DNA of 64,000 bases from Azolla caroliniana (Eukaryota; Plantae; Polypodiophyta): assembly GCA_043228905.1 (NCBI GenBank), contig JBHGNT010000008.1, positions 12,400,001 to 12,464,000 on the forward strand, given 5' to 3'. The translations under genes were made by a program, and so were the position numbers. The notes beneath the pieces are model-generated. The model made no database searches, was not told the origin of the DNA, and saw only the letters and a program-made list of their open reading frames with translations. This document shows, piece by piece, positions 12,185 to 26,334 of this stretch. Within the stretch, counting starts at the first letter, position 1, and every line of letters starts with the position of its first letter.

Positions 12185-15130
12185 TGTAAAAACGAAGGTG
12201 CAAAAGCGTTAGACAACCGGCTTAGCCGGATAGCAACATAGAGAGAGAGAGATTAACACACAGAAGGTACGCAGGAGAGACAGAGAAAGAGCAGAAACTT
12301 AAATCTATTATCAACCACTCTGTAAAATTCTCTGTACATACAACGTGCTCAACAACACTATTTATACAAGTCCTAAGAGGACTAACAAAAGTACGGTGTA
12401 CTTCAATGCTCACACGAGCGTCTGACATTAACTACCTAGTAGTCTAGACTGCTACTAGGCTTCCGGTTACTGCTGGATCCGGCTAACCGGCTCCCCATCT
12501 CACCGGCTCACTTGCTCACCGTCTCATCGATCCGGCTCATCCTTCCGGATGCCGATCTGGTTTAGGCTTATTCAGCCGATTCGGATCCGGTTGAGCTTGC
12601 CGCTCAACACTCCCCCTCAAGCTCAACTTGAGGTTGGATCGTAGGGTCAGTCTCCATGGTAGCCGATCCTTCCACCCGGCTTCTTCTGGCGTCACTCCGC
12701 CTTGCTCGCGCTCCTTGTCCGGTTTGGTCCTGTTTGCTAGGACCCTTCTGATTCTGCGCACCTTGACCTCCTCGTTCGGCTTGTTTGCTCAACAGGCCCA
12801 ATTCAGCTCCCTCGCTGCTGTGACTTTGGCGCTTGCCGATTTGCCGATTCCTTCGCGTCGGCGTCGACTTTCGCTGCCTTCTCGTCCTCTTGGCCTTGAA
12901 TTGATCTGATTCTTCCGAATCCTTCTGTTGAACTGAATCGGCTGTCTTTTCCGAATCGGTCGCTCCCGATTCGTCTTCAGATTCCAGGCTCTTCACCACA
13001 TCGGACCATGTCTGGGACTTGGCCTTCTTCTTCCGGTCGGCTCTGTTCTTCTTGACTCGACCCTGTTGCCGCTTGTTCTGACTTGTTCGGATTCCTCAAC
13101 CTCCTTTGTCGACTTGGCTCCTTCCTTCTTCTTGTCTCTTCCTTTGTCGGTTCTTCCCTCACCGGCGCAATCTGCAGCTTCTTTGCCTTTGCCTGTTCTG
13201 GTGTCTTTGCCCGTTCTCCCCCTCAAGTATGGCACGTTGAGGTGCTGAACACCAAGCATCTCGGCTGCAACTTGTCCAACCCGAACGGTTTGGTGAAGAT
13301 GTCGGCAACTTGCCAATCTGTATGAACATACCGAAGTTCGAATGCACCGCTCAGGATACGCTCACGGACGAAGTGGTAGTGGAGTTCTATGTGGTTTGTG
13401 TGAGCATGGAATACAAGGTTCTTGGCGAGCTGCATGCTGCTTATGTTGTCGCAGTAGATCAGGATCGGGGTCGACACCTCGATCCGCAGGTCTTACAACA
13501 GTCGCTTCTTCTTCCGGTCGGCTCTGTTCTTCTTGACTCGACCTTGTTGCCGCTTGTTCTGACTTGTTCGGATTCCTCAACCTCCTTTGTCGACTTGGCT
13601 CCTTCCTTCTTCTTGTCTCTTCCTTTGTCGGTTCTTCCCTCACCGGCGCAATCTGCAGCTTCTTTGCCTTTGCCCGTTCTGGTGTCTTTGCCCGTTCTCC
13701 CCCTCAAGTATGGCACGTTGAGGTGCTGAACACCAAGCATCTCGGCTGCAACTTGTCCAACCCGAACGGTTTGGTGAAGATGTCGGCAACTTGCCAATCT
13801 GTATGAACATACCGAAGTTCGAATGCACCGCTCAGGATACGCTCACGGACGAAGTGGTAGTGGAGTTCTATGTGGTTTGTGTGAGCATGGAATACAAGGT
13901 TCTTGGCGAGCTGCATGCTGCTTATGTTGTCGCAGTAGATCAGGATCGGGGTCGACGCCTCGATCCGCAGGTCTTACAACAGTCGCCAAAGCCAAATGGC
14001 CTCACAGGTGGCAACAGTAGTGCCCCGATATTCAGTCTCAGTGGTCGAAAGGGCCACTATTGGCTGCTTTTTGCTGCTCCACGCAACAACCGCACTACCA
14101 AGGGAAAACATATAGATGGAGGTGAATCGGCGATCCGATGCATCGTCGGCCCAGTCGGCATTAGTATAACCGATTGCTCTTGGGTTGTACCATGCCGGTA
14201 TAACAGTCCCCGGTCCTTCGTACCGCTCACATATCGCAAAATTTGATGCGCGCACTGAAGGTGCTCCACGGTCGACTTCTGCATATATTGGCTGATCACA
14301 CCGACCAGATAACTGATGTCGGGTCGGGTGATTGTCAAATATTCAAGGCTTCCGACGATTTGTCGGAATTGCTTCTCATCGCAGGCCGGTCCGAAGTCAA
14401 GACGGAGCTTCTGGTTCCGGTCTAGGGGTGTGGAGATCGGTCGGCATTCAGTCATGCCGAACTTGTACAACATATTCAACACATAGTGTCTTTGTGAGAG
14501 CAATATACCGTTGGGGGTTCGGATCACCTCGATCCCAAGGAAATAGTGAAGGTCCCCCAAGTCCTTCATCTTAAATGCGTCCGACAGCTGGGACTTGACT
14601 CAACTGATTTCATCGAGTCTAGGCCCGGTGATCATCAACATACAACAAGATGCAAACCGGACCGTCCTAACCTTGCTGGATGAACAACGAAGAGTCGGAC
14701 TTGGAGGCCACAAACCCCATCTTACGCAACCGGTGTGTGATCTTCGCATTCCAAGCTCGGGGGGCTTGCTTCAGGCCATAAGGTGGCTTCTTCAGCCGGC
14801 ATATTGCCGATTGGAAACCAGGGGGTTGGGTCATAAAGAGCTCTTCTTCAAGATCGCCTTGAAGAAATGCATTCTTCATGTCCATCTGTTGAAGATGCCA
14901 CCCCCTTGCCGCAACAACCGCCAACACCACACGAATCGTCGTCATCTTCGCTACCGGAGCGAAGGTCTCATCATAGTCGATTCCGTGGGTCTGCGCGTAT
15001 CCCTTCGCAACTAACCGGGCCTTGTACCGGTTAACTGAACCGTCGACATTGTACTTTACCTTGTACACCCACTTACATCCGATCGGTTTACAATGTCGAG
15101 GAGGGCCAACTAGGTCCCATGTGTTGCCGG
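12185..15130 (-). mobile_element. Ty1/copia B (family of A), 5'-truncated: RT, RH, charged tail, 3' LTR 12185-12609
   Basis: RT ORFs 14667-15068 and 14057-14569; RH ADIFTKP; PPT at 12610-12617; truncated at the RT start (GNTWDLV). Confidence 0.9.
13025..13986. repeat. 481-bp near-perfect tandem duplication inside copia B
   Basis: 13025-13505 and 13506-13986 differ at about three positions; the ORF track shows duplicated ORFs offset by 481. Confidence 0.95.
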
Positions 15131-15324
15131 TTCATCATCTGACTGGTCTGTCAGACTCACTCGCTCGTTCGGCCCGCTCAACCGAAACAATTCCGGACTC
15201 TCATCTAGAGTCTCGAACCCTTCGTCTTCTAACTGGGCCTCAACCGGACCTTCTCAATGAAAGACTTGGGTTCAACAAGACAGATGCTGGGGATGCACAT
15301 CATTCAGGACCGGTCAGCGAAGCA

Positions 15325-16200
15325 ATTATGGTTGTCATAGGAGAAGTACGTGACAAAGGTGCTTCACCGGTTAAACATGTCAGAAGCGAAACCGGTCGGA
15401 TCTACACTTCCGGCAAACTGCAAGCTATCCGGTAAGCAAAGCCCGAAGACGAAAGCAGAGAAGGCGGATATGATGAAGATCCCATATGCCTCTGCCGTCG
15501 GGAGCTTGATGTACGCAATGGTTTGTACCCGACCAGACATTGGATACGCAGTCGGAGTGGTGAGCCGGTTTATGAGCAATCCCGACAAGGAGCACTAGAA
15601 CGCGGTCAAGTGGATACTCCGGTATTTGAAGGGCACTTCAAATATGTGTCTCCGATTTGGCTCCGGAAAACCTCAATTGGACGGTTTCATCGATTTGGAC
15701 ATGTCGGCTGATGTGGATACCAGCCGGTCTACATCCGGGTATGTGATGACATATGCAGGGGGAGCTGAGTCGAGGCTGCAGGAGACGGTTGCATTGTCAA
15801 CCACGGAGGCGGAGTACATGGCAGCTGTGGAAGCCGACAAGGAAATGTTATGGATGAAGGACTTCATCGGTGAGCTCGGTATACGGCAAGACGAATACCG
15901 ACTCTATTGCGACAGTCAAAGTGACATCCACCTTGCTAAGAATGCGGCCTACCATTCCCGGATGAAGCATATCCAGCGGAGGTATCACTGGATCCGGGAA
16001 AGAGTAGATGACCAGGAGTTCGCACTGACGAAGATCCACACGGCCGAGAACGGGTCAGATATGCTGACCAAAGTGCTGACACCCGACAAGCTGGATGCAT
16101 GCCGGAAGAGAATCGAACTGGTAAGACACCCCATGCCGGAGTGAAGGGGGAGTTTGTTGGGAGATAGGTTCCTCTGGATGGGAAGGGAGAAGAACAGTGC
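15325..16200 (+). mobile_element. Tnt1/Tork-like copia fragment: RT end, RNase H, PPT and start of 3' LTR (16155)
   Basis: IPYASAVGSLMYAMVCTRPDI, ALSTTEAEY, NGSDMLTK; PPT GAAGGGGGAG followed by TGTTGG. Confidence 0.85.
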
Positions 16201-16559
16201 CGACGAACAAACTCGATAGAACGTCTATCCATTCTACTACCACAATCATCTCGATAGAATGTTTAGATCAAAATGTTCGACATATTGTGTCAACTATGTA
16301 CAATAATTGACTGTCGGTTGAACAACACAATAATTTGGGCACACCCGGTTACATCTGCAATAGGCAGAGAACAAGGTGGAATGGATGTCGTCTAGTCCAC
16401 AAACACCTGTCGACCGAAAATGTCCTCGCGCACAAGCAGAGACTCAACATGTAGCAGAAGGTAGTGCTGACAATTTCGAACAAGTTAATCGGGAGTGGAG
16501 TAGAATTCTGGATTTAACAGATAATCGTTCAGACGAGGAATAGTTTGAGCAAGGTTCTT

Positions 16560-17917
16560 TTTTCGATATTTGGGGAGACGACGATATGTCGTACCCTTAC
16601 TTGAAATATAGAGATGGCGCTGATGTGGAAGCGCATATAAGAGATTATTTGACCACATGGGAAGTGAACCATGTAGTGCAACGACTATCAGCAGCAACCG
16701 AGGAAAAATAAAAAATCGCGGAGTTCGTTCTCTCATTGGACGGTCCGTCGGCGAATTGGTATGCCTAGAATGGGCCAAAAGCATTCGACTCACACAATTG
16801 TTTCATCGCAAGATTCCCCAGAAGGATTTAATAGGTTAGTTCTATGCCGCCTATCGGGACTCACATGAAACGGTATCACATTTTGTGATCCGATTTCAAA
16901 ATTTATGACCCTAGATTTCGCGATCGATTCTAGAAGAGGAATTGAAGGATATTTTTCTGGAAGCTATACATGAGCCTCTTCAAACCACTTTAGCAGTGTA
17001 TGATTTCCAGAATCAATCACTGGAGCAAGTGATAGATAAAGCTCTGGCAATGGATCAGACACACAATCATAATAGTATGAACATATCAACGTTACACCAC
17101 AACTTACCTATATTGGACGAGCTCAGATTCAGGGAAGTTGTTCAATGTAGGACTTACCTCAACACAGGGCATTTGACAATAGAATGCACTGTACACACTC
17201 ATTGTATGATTTACCATTCTAAAGCACATTCAGTCGAGCAATGTGAGTATAATTTACTCAATAAAATAGTCGCACTAGTTCGGCAAATTTATCCTAAAAA
17301 TAATTATCAGGAAAATTGGAATCGGATGCATAACTATTCACCCCGACAAGATAACATTAACTGACAGCTCTATAGGGGAAGTCGGAATCAGGACGATTGA
17401 AGGGACAATAACTATAAACGAAATGAGGATAATCGACCACCAAATCGTCAATTTAATGACAACCCAAAGACGAAAGGGTCTCGACAGTTTGAACATAATT
17501 CCTAGGACAGGGATAATCCTCAAACTCAGGATGCTCGTCGACCTCAATATGAACCCGGAGAATCTAGTGGCTTATCAGTTCCGAATTACTACATATGCAA
17601 AAGAGGTGGACACTATGCAAATCAATGCCCGATAAAAGAAAACAACAAGGCACCAACAGTAATTATGGGCGTGCTCAAGATTCAATAGGTAACCACTCGT
17701 AGCAAAGGAAAACAATCTGAATGGGAAGTTTAGGAAGCCCTTCCTGAGGCAGTTAAGGAATGGGTCGAAGAAGCTAATAATAACAATGTCATGAGAATGC
17801 TGCAAGAAAATGTTGCAGTAGATGATGGGCACAGAGTTGATCAAATCACATCGAAGATAACACCTGATGTTACGGAAGCATGGAAAGTCTGGCCGATTGT
17901 CAAGTATCACTACCTTT
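16560..17917 (+). pseudogene. Decayed family-G gag remnant
   Basis: ORF 16942-17364 aligns with G2 Gag (IFLEAIHEPL..., HSVEQCEYNLLN); downstream VTTRSKGK and EWVEEAN; interrupted by the G0 LTR. Confidence 0.8.
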
Positions 17918-20900
17918 TGTTACCAGTTAGGGTTACACGGTGCCTAACCCTCAGTCCTTCGGGGTTCGTCTCAAGGTGATAATGGTTCAGGGATAACACG
18001 TACATTGTGACCGTGGTATAGATGACTGTGTACTGAACTCCTAAGTGCTAATCTAACCGTGTAGGCTGTGAAGATTAGGAGGATGGATACAACCGACTCC
18101 TTACGCAATAGCGCACCCCTACGTATGAGACTCGACACAGAAATGAACTCAACATTAACAGAGATAAGAATTACGAAAACACAATAAGTCAGGCAAAACA
18201 GAGACTATATTGTAAGGATTCAATACCAAATTATCACTAGCTATTACAAGTTTTCCATGCCCTTTATATACAGGGTCATAATTGGATACGCTCGACGTGT
18301 GAACCGTTACGCCTGCTACTACTCCCTCATTGTTAGGCTTCAGCCCCCACCCATCCGCATCGTATGTTGTAACCATCCCCTTTTGTCTTCCCTTCTCGAC
18401 TTTTCCCACTTGGTCCTCAAGGCAGACAACAAATGGCACACCTGTGGGACAATGCTTGCACGTCGAACCCACATAAGACCTTCATTCATCGTCGAAGATG
18501 TTCAGGATGTTTAGTCCCCGACGGTCCGGTTCGGCGAAAACTATGGGGGTTGTCATGGTCTGGATCGTAGGCGTGGCCTCAAGGGGACCGGTAGGCTCGG
18601 TTGTCTCAATGTGGGGGGGGGACCAGTGTGCGCCGTCGGCTCTGGTACGAGTGGGGCAGTGGGTTTTGTTGGTACCGCTTCTGCCTCTTGTGTCTGATGT
18701 TCGGGGCCTTCTCCTCAACCGATGGCACTGGTATTGCCTCTTCCACAAGTGCAGCTTCTTGTACTAGCTCTTCATGCCTCGGGCCTTCCTCCGTATCGGC
18801 CATCGTGGTGCCGAGGAGGTCCAGGTGCGTATCCTCGATTGAGTTCGGTGGCTCTGTGGTGACTTTTGGAATTTCTTCTTCCGAGTGTTGCGTGCTCTTT
18901 TTTCCTCTTCTGCCTTCTCCTACTCGTTTTCGATTGCCTAGAGCTTGAGGGAGGTGTCGAGCTAGATGTCTCCGAACTCCTCGAGCAATTGCACGATCTC
19001 CTCGGAGTCTCAATCGGCAAGGGCTTGATAATCTTGTGTAAGGTCGCCACGGACCGTGGCAATTTGTTGAGCGGACAAGCTCAACCGTATCTGGATCGGA
19101 GTCCAAAATGAAAAACCGGATCAGAGTCTGGATGGTATCTGGAACTAGGAGCCGGATCGGAGAGCTGGATTGGATTGTAATTAGTAGGCCATTAGAGGCC
19201 TACAAATGTAGCCTAGTACGTGGGTATATTTTTAGGAGTCAGTGTCAGTCGCTCATATGTTAGTCCTTTCATGCACTTGTATAAAAGTGCTCACTCTGCA
19301 CATTGTATGTATAGAGAGTGTTTTAGTGTTTTCTTGGAATATACACGTTTCTGTGTTCTGCTCTAACTCTGTCTCTCCCGTGTAAGGTTGTGTCTTAGCT
19401 TCCGCATTCTTTGGCTATCCGGAGGAGACGGTTGTGTCTTAGCTTCCGCAATTGTATTCTTTTACATGGTATGAGAGCATGAGGGTTTGAGAACCTCTGC
19501 AACCAACAAGCATTTTCTTAAGACAAACCCTAACACCCATTAAAGAACAAACAGAAGAAAAGTATGGACCGAGGAATGGCCAGCTTGCTCCCGACGGAGA
19601 AGCTCGACATATCCAACTATGCATCTTGGTCATAGAAGATGTACCAGTACCTGTTCGGGCATGGTTACTAGAGTTATGTTGATAGAGCCAACGATACAAT
19701 ACTTGATGTGGCACACAAGGACTTCCCAACTTGGGAAAAAGCGGCAAGCAGAGTTATGTACTGCTTTGCCTCCAATGTTGAAGATCAACTTCTGAGCCAT
19801 ATTCGGGATGCCAAGACGACGAACCAAGCTTGGGGAAACCTGAAGAAGGTTTTCGCCGCAAGCACCACAATTCGGAAGCTACAACTCCAACAGGAGTTGA
19901 GCAATGTTCGACAGAGGGACATGTCGGTGGCCGACTACACGACCCGAATCAAAGACATGGGCGACTGACTTATCTCTATTAACATGAGCGTTCAGGAAGA
20001 TGAAATGGTGCAGGTCTGTCTAGAGGGCCTGACGTCGAAGTTTGGAGCATTCTGGACGACAGTTTGTACAAGGGAGAATACTCCCTCGGTTTTCAATCTA
20101 CAGTCGATGCTCTTAGTTGAGGTGAACCACGCGGGTGTGTCAACGAGTACACAAACCGACAACAAGATGTTGTACACGGAGGCGGAGAGGCCCCGTGGTC
20201 GTGACAGATGAGGCGGATCGACATGTGGTGGAAGCGACTGACAAGAGCAGAACCGATGGCACAATGATGGTGCCGAGACCCGGCAAGAGAAGACCGCGAT
20301 GTGCTATTGGTATTGCGGTCGGAATGGCCATAGAGAGAGAGAGAATGCTAGAAGAAGTGCGCTGATTCAAACAAATCCGGATCTGGCAAGGCTGGTCGAG
20401 GAAGCCAGCAAAGCTTGCACTATGCCGAAGAACCGGAAAGATCCGATTCCAAAGATGGATCGGGCCCAACCTTGGTGATGAAACACAAGGCTAATTTGTT
20501 GAAGACAAGAACCTCGAAAGCAAATGAGGTATGGTATGTTGATTTTGGACCATCAAGCCATATGACAAGCCACGTGAAGTGGTTTTCTTACCTAGAGAAA
20601 CCAGAACAACCGGGGGTCGTCGAAACCGGCGATGACGTTCCACATACCATCAAGCATGTCAGTGAGGTTCCCCTCAATCATGTTGGGTGGAAGGGAAAGA
20701 TGATGAACATCTTGCATGTCCCGATAATCACAAAGAATCTGGTGTCAGTAGGACAGATTGTCGACCAAGGGATGCATGTCCGGTTCACACATCTTGGGTG
20801 TTTCATTGAAGAAGAGGGCAAAGTCATCGCGCAAGGGCACCGAGATGGAAGGATGTTTATCCTCGAAATGAATGATGTAGGCATTGCTATGTTCGCAAAA

Positions 20901-23900
20901 GGTTTGAAGGTCAAGTCGGACATCGACCTATGGCATAAGAGGATCAGACACATCAACTTCCAGAAGCTTCACGAGTTGTAGTTGAAACACGTGGTTTCCG
21001 AAAAACCAAAGTTTCATGGCCAGAAAGGCCAAATTTGTGAAGCGTGCTAGCTTGGGAAGCAACATAGGCTTCCATTCCCCAACGAGAATAGTCGGAGCCG
21101 GAATAGGATTGATATCATCCATTCAGATGTGTGGGGACCGACACAAAATGTGAGCATCGGTGGGAGTCGATATTTCGTCTCCTTCATCGATGATTTCACC
21201 CGACACACTTGGATCTATCTAATCGAGAAGAAAAGAGAGAAGACCAAGGGCTATGCGCAACAACATGGCATCGATTACGAAGAGACATTCACACCGGTTG
21301 CAAAGATGACAACTGTCTGTGTTTTTCTTGTAGTAGCTGTGGCGAAGGAGTGGCATCTACATCAAATGGATGTAAAGAACATGTCCCTGCAAGGAGATCT
21401 TGAGGAGTAGATGTATATGGTTCAATCGCCCGAATTTCAGTCCGGAGTGAATACATTAGCGGTGTGCCGATTGGAGAAGTCCCTCTACAGACTCAAGCAA
21501 GCCCCGCGCGCCTTGAATGTGAAGATCACGCGGAGATTGTGTCGGATGGGGTTTGCTCCGTCGAAATCAGACTCTTCACATTTCATCCGGCAAGGTTGGA
21601 ATGGGGCGGTAGCATATTACTCTATGTGGATGATCTTGTCATCGTCGATGCAACTTGGATGAAATCGATTGCGTCAAGTCCGAACTCGTGGCATCGTTTG
21701 ACATGAAGGATCTTGGGAACCTTCATTATTTCCTCGGTATCGAAGTGATCCGCACCCCGGAAGGCATACAGATCAATCAACGCCACTATGTGTTGAGTAT
21801 GCTCTTCAAATTTGGTATGATGGAATACAAATCAGTCTCGACTCCTCTGGACCGGAATGTGAAGCTTTGCCCCGACTCCAGAATGACATGTGACCGGACA
21901 AGGTTTCGACAAATTGTTGGAAGCCTCATATATCTGACCATCACCTGGCCGGACCTCAGTTATCCAATCAGATTGATCACTCAATTTATGGCACATTTGA
22001 CCGTAGAGCACCTTCAGTGCACGCACTGAATCCTGAGATACATCAACGGCTGTATCAGACCGGTGTAGTCGGATAACTTGTTAGCTACACGGATGCAGAT
22101 TGCGACGGAAATGCCGGCGACCGTAGGTCTACATCCGGATATGTGTTCACTTGGAAGCGTCGCGGTCGCTTGGAGCATGAAAAAGCAACCTCCAGTAGCA
22201 TTGTCCAGCACGTAGGCCAAGTACTGAGGAGCGGTAGTCAGAACGTGTAAAGCCCTATGGCTCAAGTGTCTCCTAAAGGATCTATGAGTGGAGGTGTCTG
22301 ATACAACAACGATCTATTGCGACAACGTCAACAACATCCAGTTGGCCAAGAACCTTGTCTTTCACGCCCGGACTAAGCACATCGAGATGCACTATCATTT
22401 TGTCTGAGAGCGCATTCTCTCCAGTGAAGTGGAATTTCTACATGTTCCGACGCATCGGTAGGTGGCCGACATCTTCACCAAACCCCTCGGCTCAGACAAG
22501 TTGCGGCAATTCTCCAGTGCAATGGGTGTGCAGTACCTCGATATACCAAACTTGAGGGGGAGGAATGAAAAAAACGGCCAAAAACTGGAGTTGGAAACCA
22601 ATTTCGACCTCGGCTCGACTGAAGAAGTCAGAGTGCATGGTATGGCTGAGAAAGTCAAGACCGGATGCAGGGGGTGCCACCGGAATGAAGAGCCCCAGAC
22701 AGGGCCAACTGAAGAAGGTCGAGGAGCGCGGAACTGGACGGGTCAAGGAAAGCATGACTGTACTGAACGAGGAGTGCGAGCCAGGCGGGAGGACATTTGG
22801 TGGAGCTGGAGGAAAGGACTGACAAACACAAACATTGACACTACGACCCGACCTTAAGTTGACCTTGAGGGGGAGTGTTGAGCGGACAAGCTCAACCGGA
22901 TCTGAATTGGCTGAATAAGCCAGAGCTAGATCAGAGTCTGCAATGAAGAACCAGATCGGAGTCCAGATGGTATTTGGAACCAAAAGTCATATTAGATTGT
23001 ATCTAGTAGGCCGTTAGAGGCCTATGGATCTAGCCTAATACGTAGGCATATTTTTAGGAGTTAGTGTCAGTCGTTCGTATGAGCATTGAAGTACTTGTCA
23101 GTACTTCTATCTGTCAATCCTTTTTTGGACTTGTATAAAAGTGCTCACTGAGCACATTGTATGTAGAAAGAGTGTTTTAGTGTTTTTATTTCTGTCTTCT
23201 GCTCTAGCATTATGTCTCCCGTGGTAGGTTTCCATTAAACCTGTGTCTGCACACTTTAGCTATCTGGAGGAGATGGTTGTGTCTTAGCTTCCGCAATCAT
23301 ATTCTTTTACACAATGCTTTCCTCATTCACCTTGTAGAAGCTCTTACCGTCTTGTTGCCAATTCTCCTAATCGGCCCGATACGTGTGGAGTTCGGCGGCC
23401 TACTTTGCCCATTCGGCCCATCCTCTGTTTAGCGCCACTTGAAGTTGTTTTGAGAATCTCTCCCACTTTGTTTCAAGGAGGATTTTTATGTGTTTGGTCT
23501 TCATTTCTGAGCGCGTCTACATCTCTTTGAGAGCCTTCTTGAGGTGCGAAATTTTGTTTGCGCCAGAACTTGCGTTCTCTTCGTAGTGGGCCTTTACCTC
23601 TTGCCATAGTTATGATTCTTTCTCATGCAATGCTTCGCATCGAACCATTTAAGTATTCAAGCGTACCTCGACCACTCGCGTGTGTTGTTGTTCGTACCAT
23701 TGACATTTGTTCAACACAACCTCCTATAGTGTCGTGATGATCCCTTCAACTTGACCGAATTCTTCCCTTTTCTTCTTGAGCTCTCGAGTCGTTTTTGGGT
23801 TAGATGCGATTTTGGCATCCAAATTTTCTTGGATCGTTTTTAGGGTTTTATGTCCCTTCACCTTAACATCCGACTCTCGATCCAATGATTGTCGGAGTTC

Positions 23901-24796
23901 GGAGCGTAGTCTCTTTATCTCCGTGCTGGCGATTTCTGTCACCTTTTTGGCCTAGGCCGATATCACCCTCTGAGCTTTGAGCTCTTCTTAGATCTTTTGT
24001 AGCTCAGGTGTGCCAATTTCCCCGTGAGTGACTGCTTTGAAACTATATAGAGTAGCGTTGTGTGATCGACATGGAAGACGAATTTCTGGCCTAGTAGATA
24101 GTGTCAAAATTTGTTGATGCTATATATCATACCTAGGACTTCACGCTCGGATGTGGAGTAGTTATGTTTGGCGATCGACAATTTCCGGCTGGAATAGTAG
24201 ATTGGTCGATACCAATTCGGCTCAGTCAACTACCTTATTGCGCTGCAATTGGCTATATCCAACGCATCCACGAAGGTGTGGAATGGTTTCGTCTAGTCCG
24301 CTAGTTGTACTACTGGTGCCTACATGAGCATTATCTTCAAAGCCAAGTAAGACTTTTCTTCCATCTCCGTCGAACTGAATGGTGTGTGGTGCACCGCTGT
24401 ATGTAATTGTGTCGCGAAATCTGCTAGATAATGAAGCATGCGACTATGCCAACGAATCTACCACAGAAAGCGACTGAGGGCCTTTGTGTTCTTCGGGGTT
24501 GGGGCCTCGACGATGGCCTTGATTTTCCTAGGATCAACCACGATGCCTTCTCGGTTGACTATATGTTCAAGGAGAGCCCCACTTGTGACACTAAACACGC
24601 ACTTCGCCGGATTGAGGAACAGTCGTGCCGAGCAACATCGCTCTAAACACAATTGCAGGCGATATAAATGCTTGGCTTGTGCGTTGTATACTGCAAAATT
24701 GTCGAGGAAGACCTCCATGAACGCCAGAATATATTCGTCGAAAATTTCGGTGATGATGCACTGAAATGTTGCCGGTTCGGTTTTCAATCCAAACAC
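17918..24796 (-). mobile_element. Family-G gypsy G0, truncated: 3' LTR 17918-18431, tRNA-like motif 18434-18473, extra-ORF remnants, RT/RH remnant
   Basis: LTR ends resemble the G1 LTR (TGTTGTC...GGTAACA); extra-ORF pieces at 18482-19064 and 23312-24000 (coiled-coil); RT FGLKT..VFLDNF at 24458-24796. Confidence 0.8.
19065..23311 (+). mobile_element. Ty1/copia C (family of A), two LTRs, internal deletion
   Basis: LTRs 19065-19466 and 22876-23311; PBS TGGTATGAGAGC 19467-19478; PPT before 22876; TSD CAATT/CAATG; INT fused to RT near 21235 (IEKK|REKTKGYAQ). Confidence 0.92.
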
Positions 24797-26334
24797 ATGG
24801 CTTGTCAAGTGGTTTGATGCTCCGGAGTCAATGTACTACACTTCCTTTGATCCGGAAGTGGTATTCTCCATCGAGTTGGCCTTGTGTTTCATCATAAAGG
24901 CTAGCCCTTTTTCTGGTCTTTCTGGTTCTGGATCCTTCTAATCCTTTGGTGTAGTGTGAGCTTTGCCGTTCTCCCTTGTCTGGTCTTGCCATATCCGGAT
25001 TTATCCGAATCGGTGCACTTCTTCCAGCACTCACTCTCCCGGTGGCCTTTCTTGCCACAATACCAGCATTCCGTCTCAACTTTAGATTGCTAGTTTCCGT
25101 CGCTACCTTGACTCCCCCGGCTTGTAGAGGGTCCAGAACTATTGTCAACACTATCCCTGTGCCTCCGATTTTACTCTTGCCGCCCGCCTCTATTGCGTGC
25201 GGACCCACCTTGTCCTCCACGCCCACAAAGCCGATCACCTCTTGTACATTCGGCAGTCTGGTTGAGTGGTCCTTGACCCACTCACATGGTTTTCGTCGAC
25301 CATTAGCATCAATTGTAGGTCGAAGAAGGACGATGGCTTCTTCCGGGTGCAAATCGTTGTATAGACAGGCGTGTACCTTTGCACTAGACCACCGAGGTAG
25401 ATCCGGATCTCCTTGATCATGGTGGTGTAGTCTGCAACCCACATGTCCCTCTGTCGAATGTTGTTCAGCTCTTGCCAGAGCTGCAACTTACGAGTTGTTG
25501 TACTGGAGGCGCCAAGCCTCCTTCGGCGGCTTTGCGTTTCTGATGTAGCCGAGCATGTGATCTTGCACATAGGATGTGAGGCAATATAGCACTCTACTCA
25601 CTCCTTGCTCCCATGCCAGGAAGTCCTTGTGTGCCGGCTCTGGCGCAACCTCGTTTGCTCCCTTGACATAACTCTAGTACCCGTGTCCCAATAGATATTG
25701 ATGCATCTTGTATGACCAAGATGCATAGATGTTCCTGTTGAGCTTCTTAGTCGAAAACGAGCCTGCCATCCCTCTGTCCATTTCTTTCTTTTTCGGTCTG
25801 TTCTTAACAGAAGTTAGGTTTCCTCTAGTCTTCTCAGGTTTCGTGTCCGCAGTATAGGATTTTCAACCCTCGCACTCTGATACCATGTAAAAATAGCGTG
25901 CGGAAGCTTGTAGACAGAACCGGCTTCACCGGATAGCAGAAGAAAACAAACCCAAGTTTAATGGAGAGCTTGGTGCATACGGTGTACACGGGAGAGAGAT
26001 AGTGAGAGTAGAACAACATAAACTTCATTTCAAAATAATACTCTAGCACTATACAATGTGCTCAGTGAGCACTTTTATACAAGTCCTTAAAAGAACTGAT
26101 AGAAGTACTGACAAGTACTTCAATGCTCATACGAGCGATTAACACTAACTCCAAGAAAAATACTTACATACTAGGCTTGGACCGTAGGCCTTCAACGGCC
26201 TACCGGTTACAATATGATCTAGCTCTTGGTTCCGGATACCAATCCAGATACCTATCCGGTTGTCCATTTCAGATATTGATCCGGCGCCGTCTTATTCAGC
26301 CGATTCGGATCCGGTTGACCTTGTCCGCTCAACA
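24797..26334 (-). mobile_element. Ty1/copia D, 5' part (LTR 25886-26334, PBS, gag, start of PR)
   Basis: PBS CTCTGATACCA at 25875-25885; gag remnants; PR YIDSGASNH joined to G0 RT by a deletion. Confidence 0.85.

Noticed and set aside
24458-24808. Novel copia-gypsy fusion ORF
   Set aside because: Chance in-frame deletion junction between dead elements D and G0.
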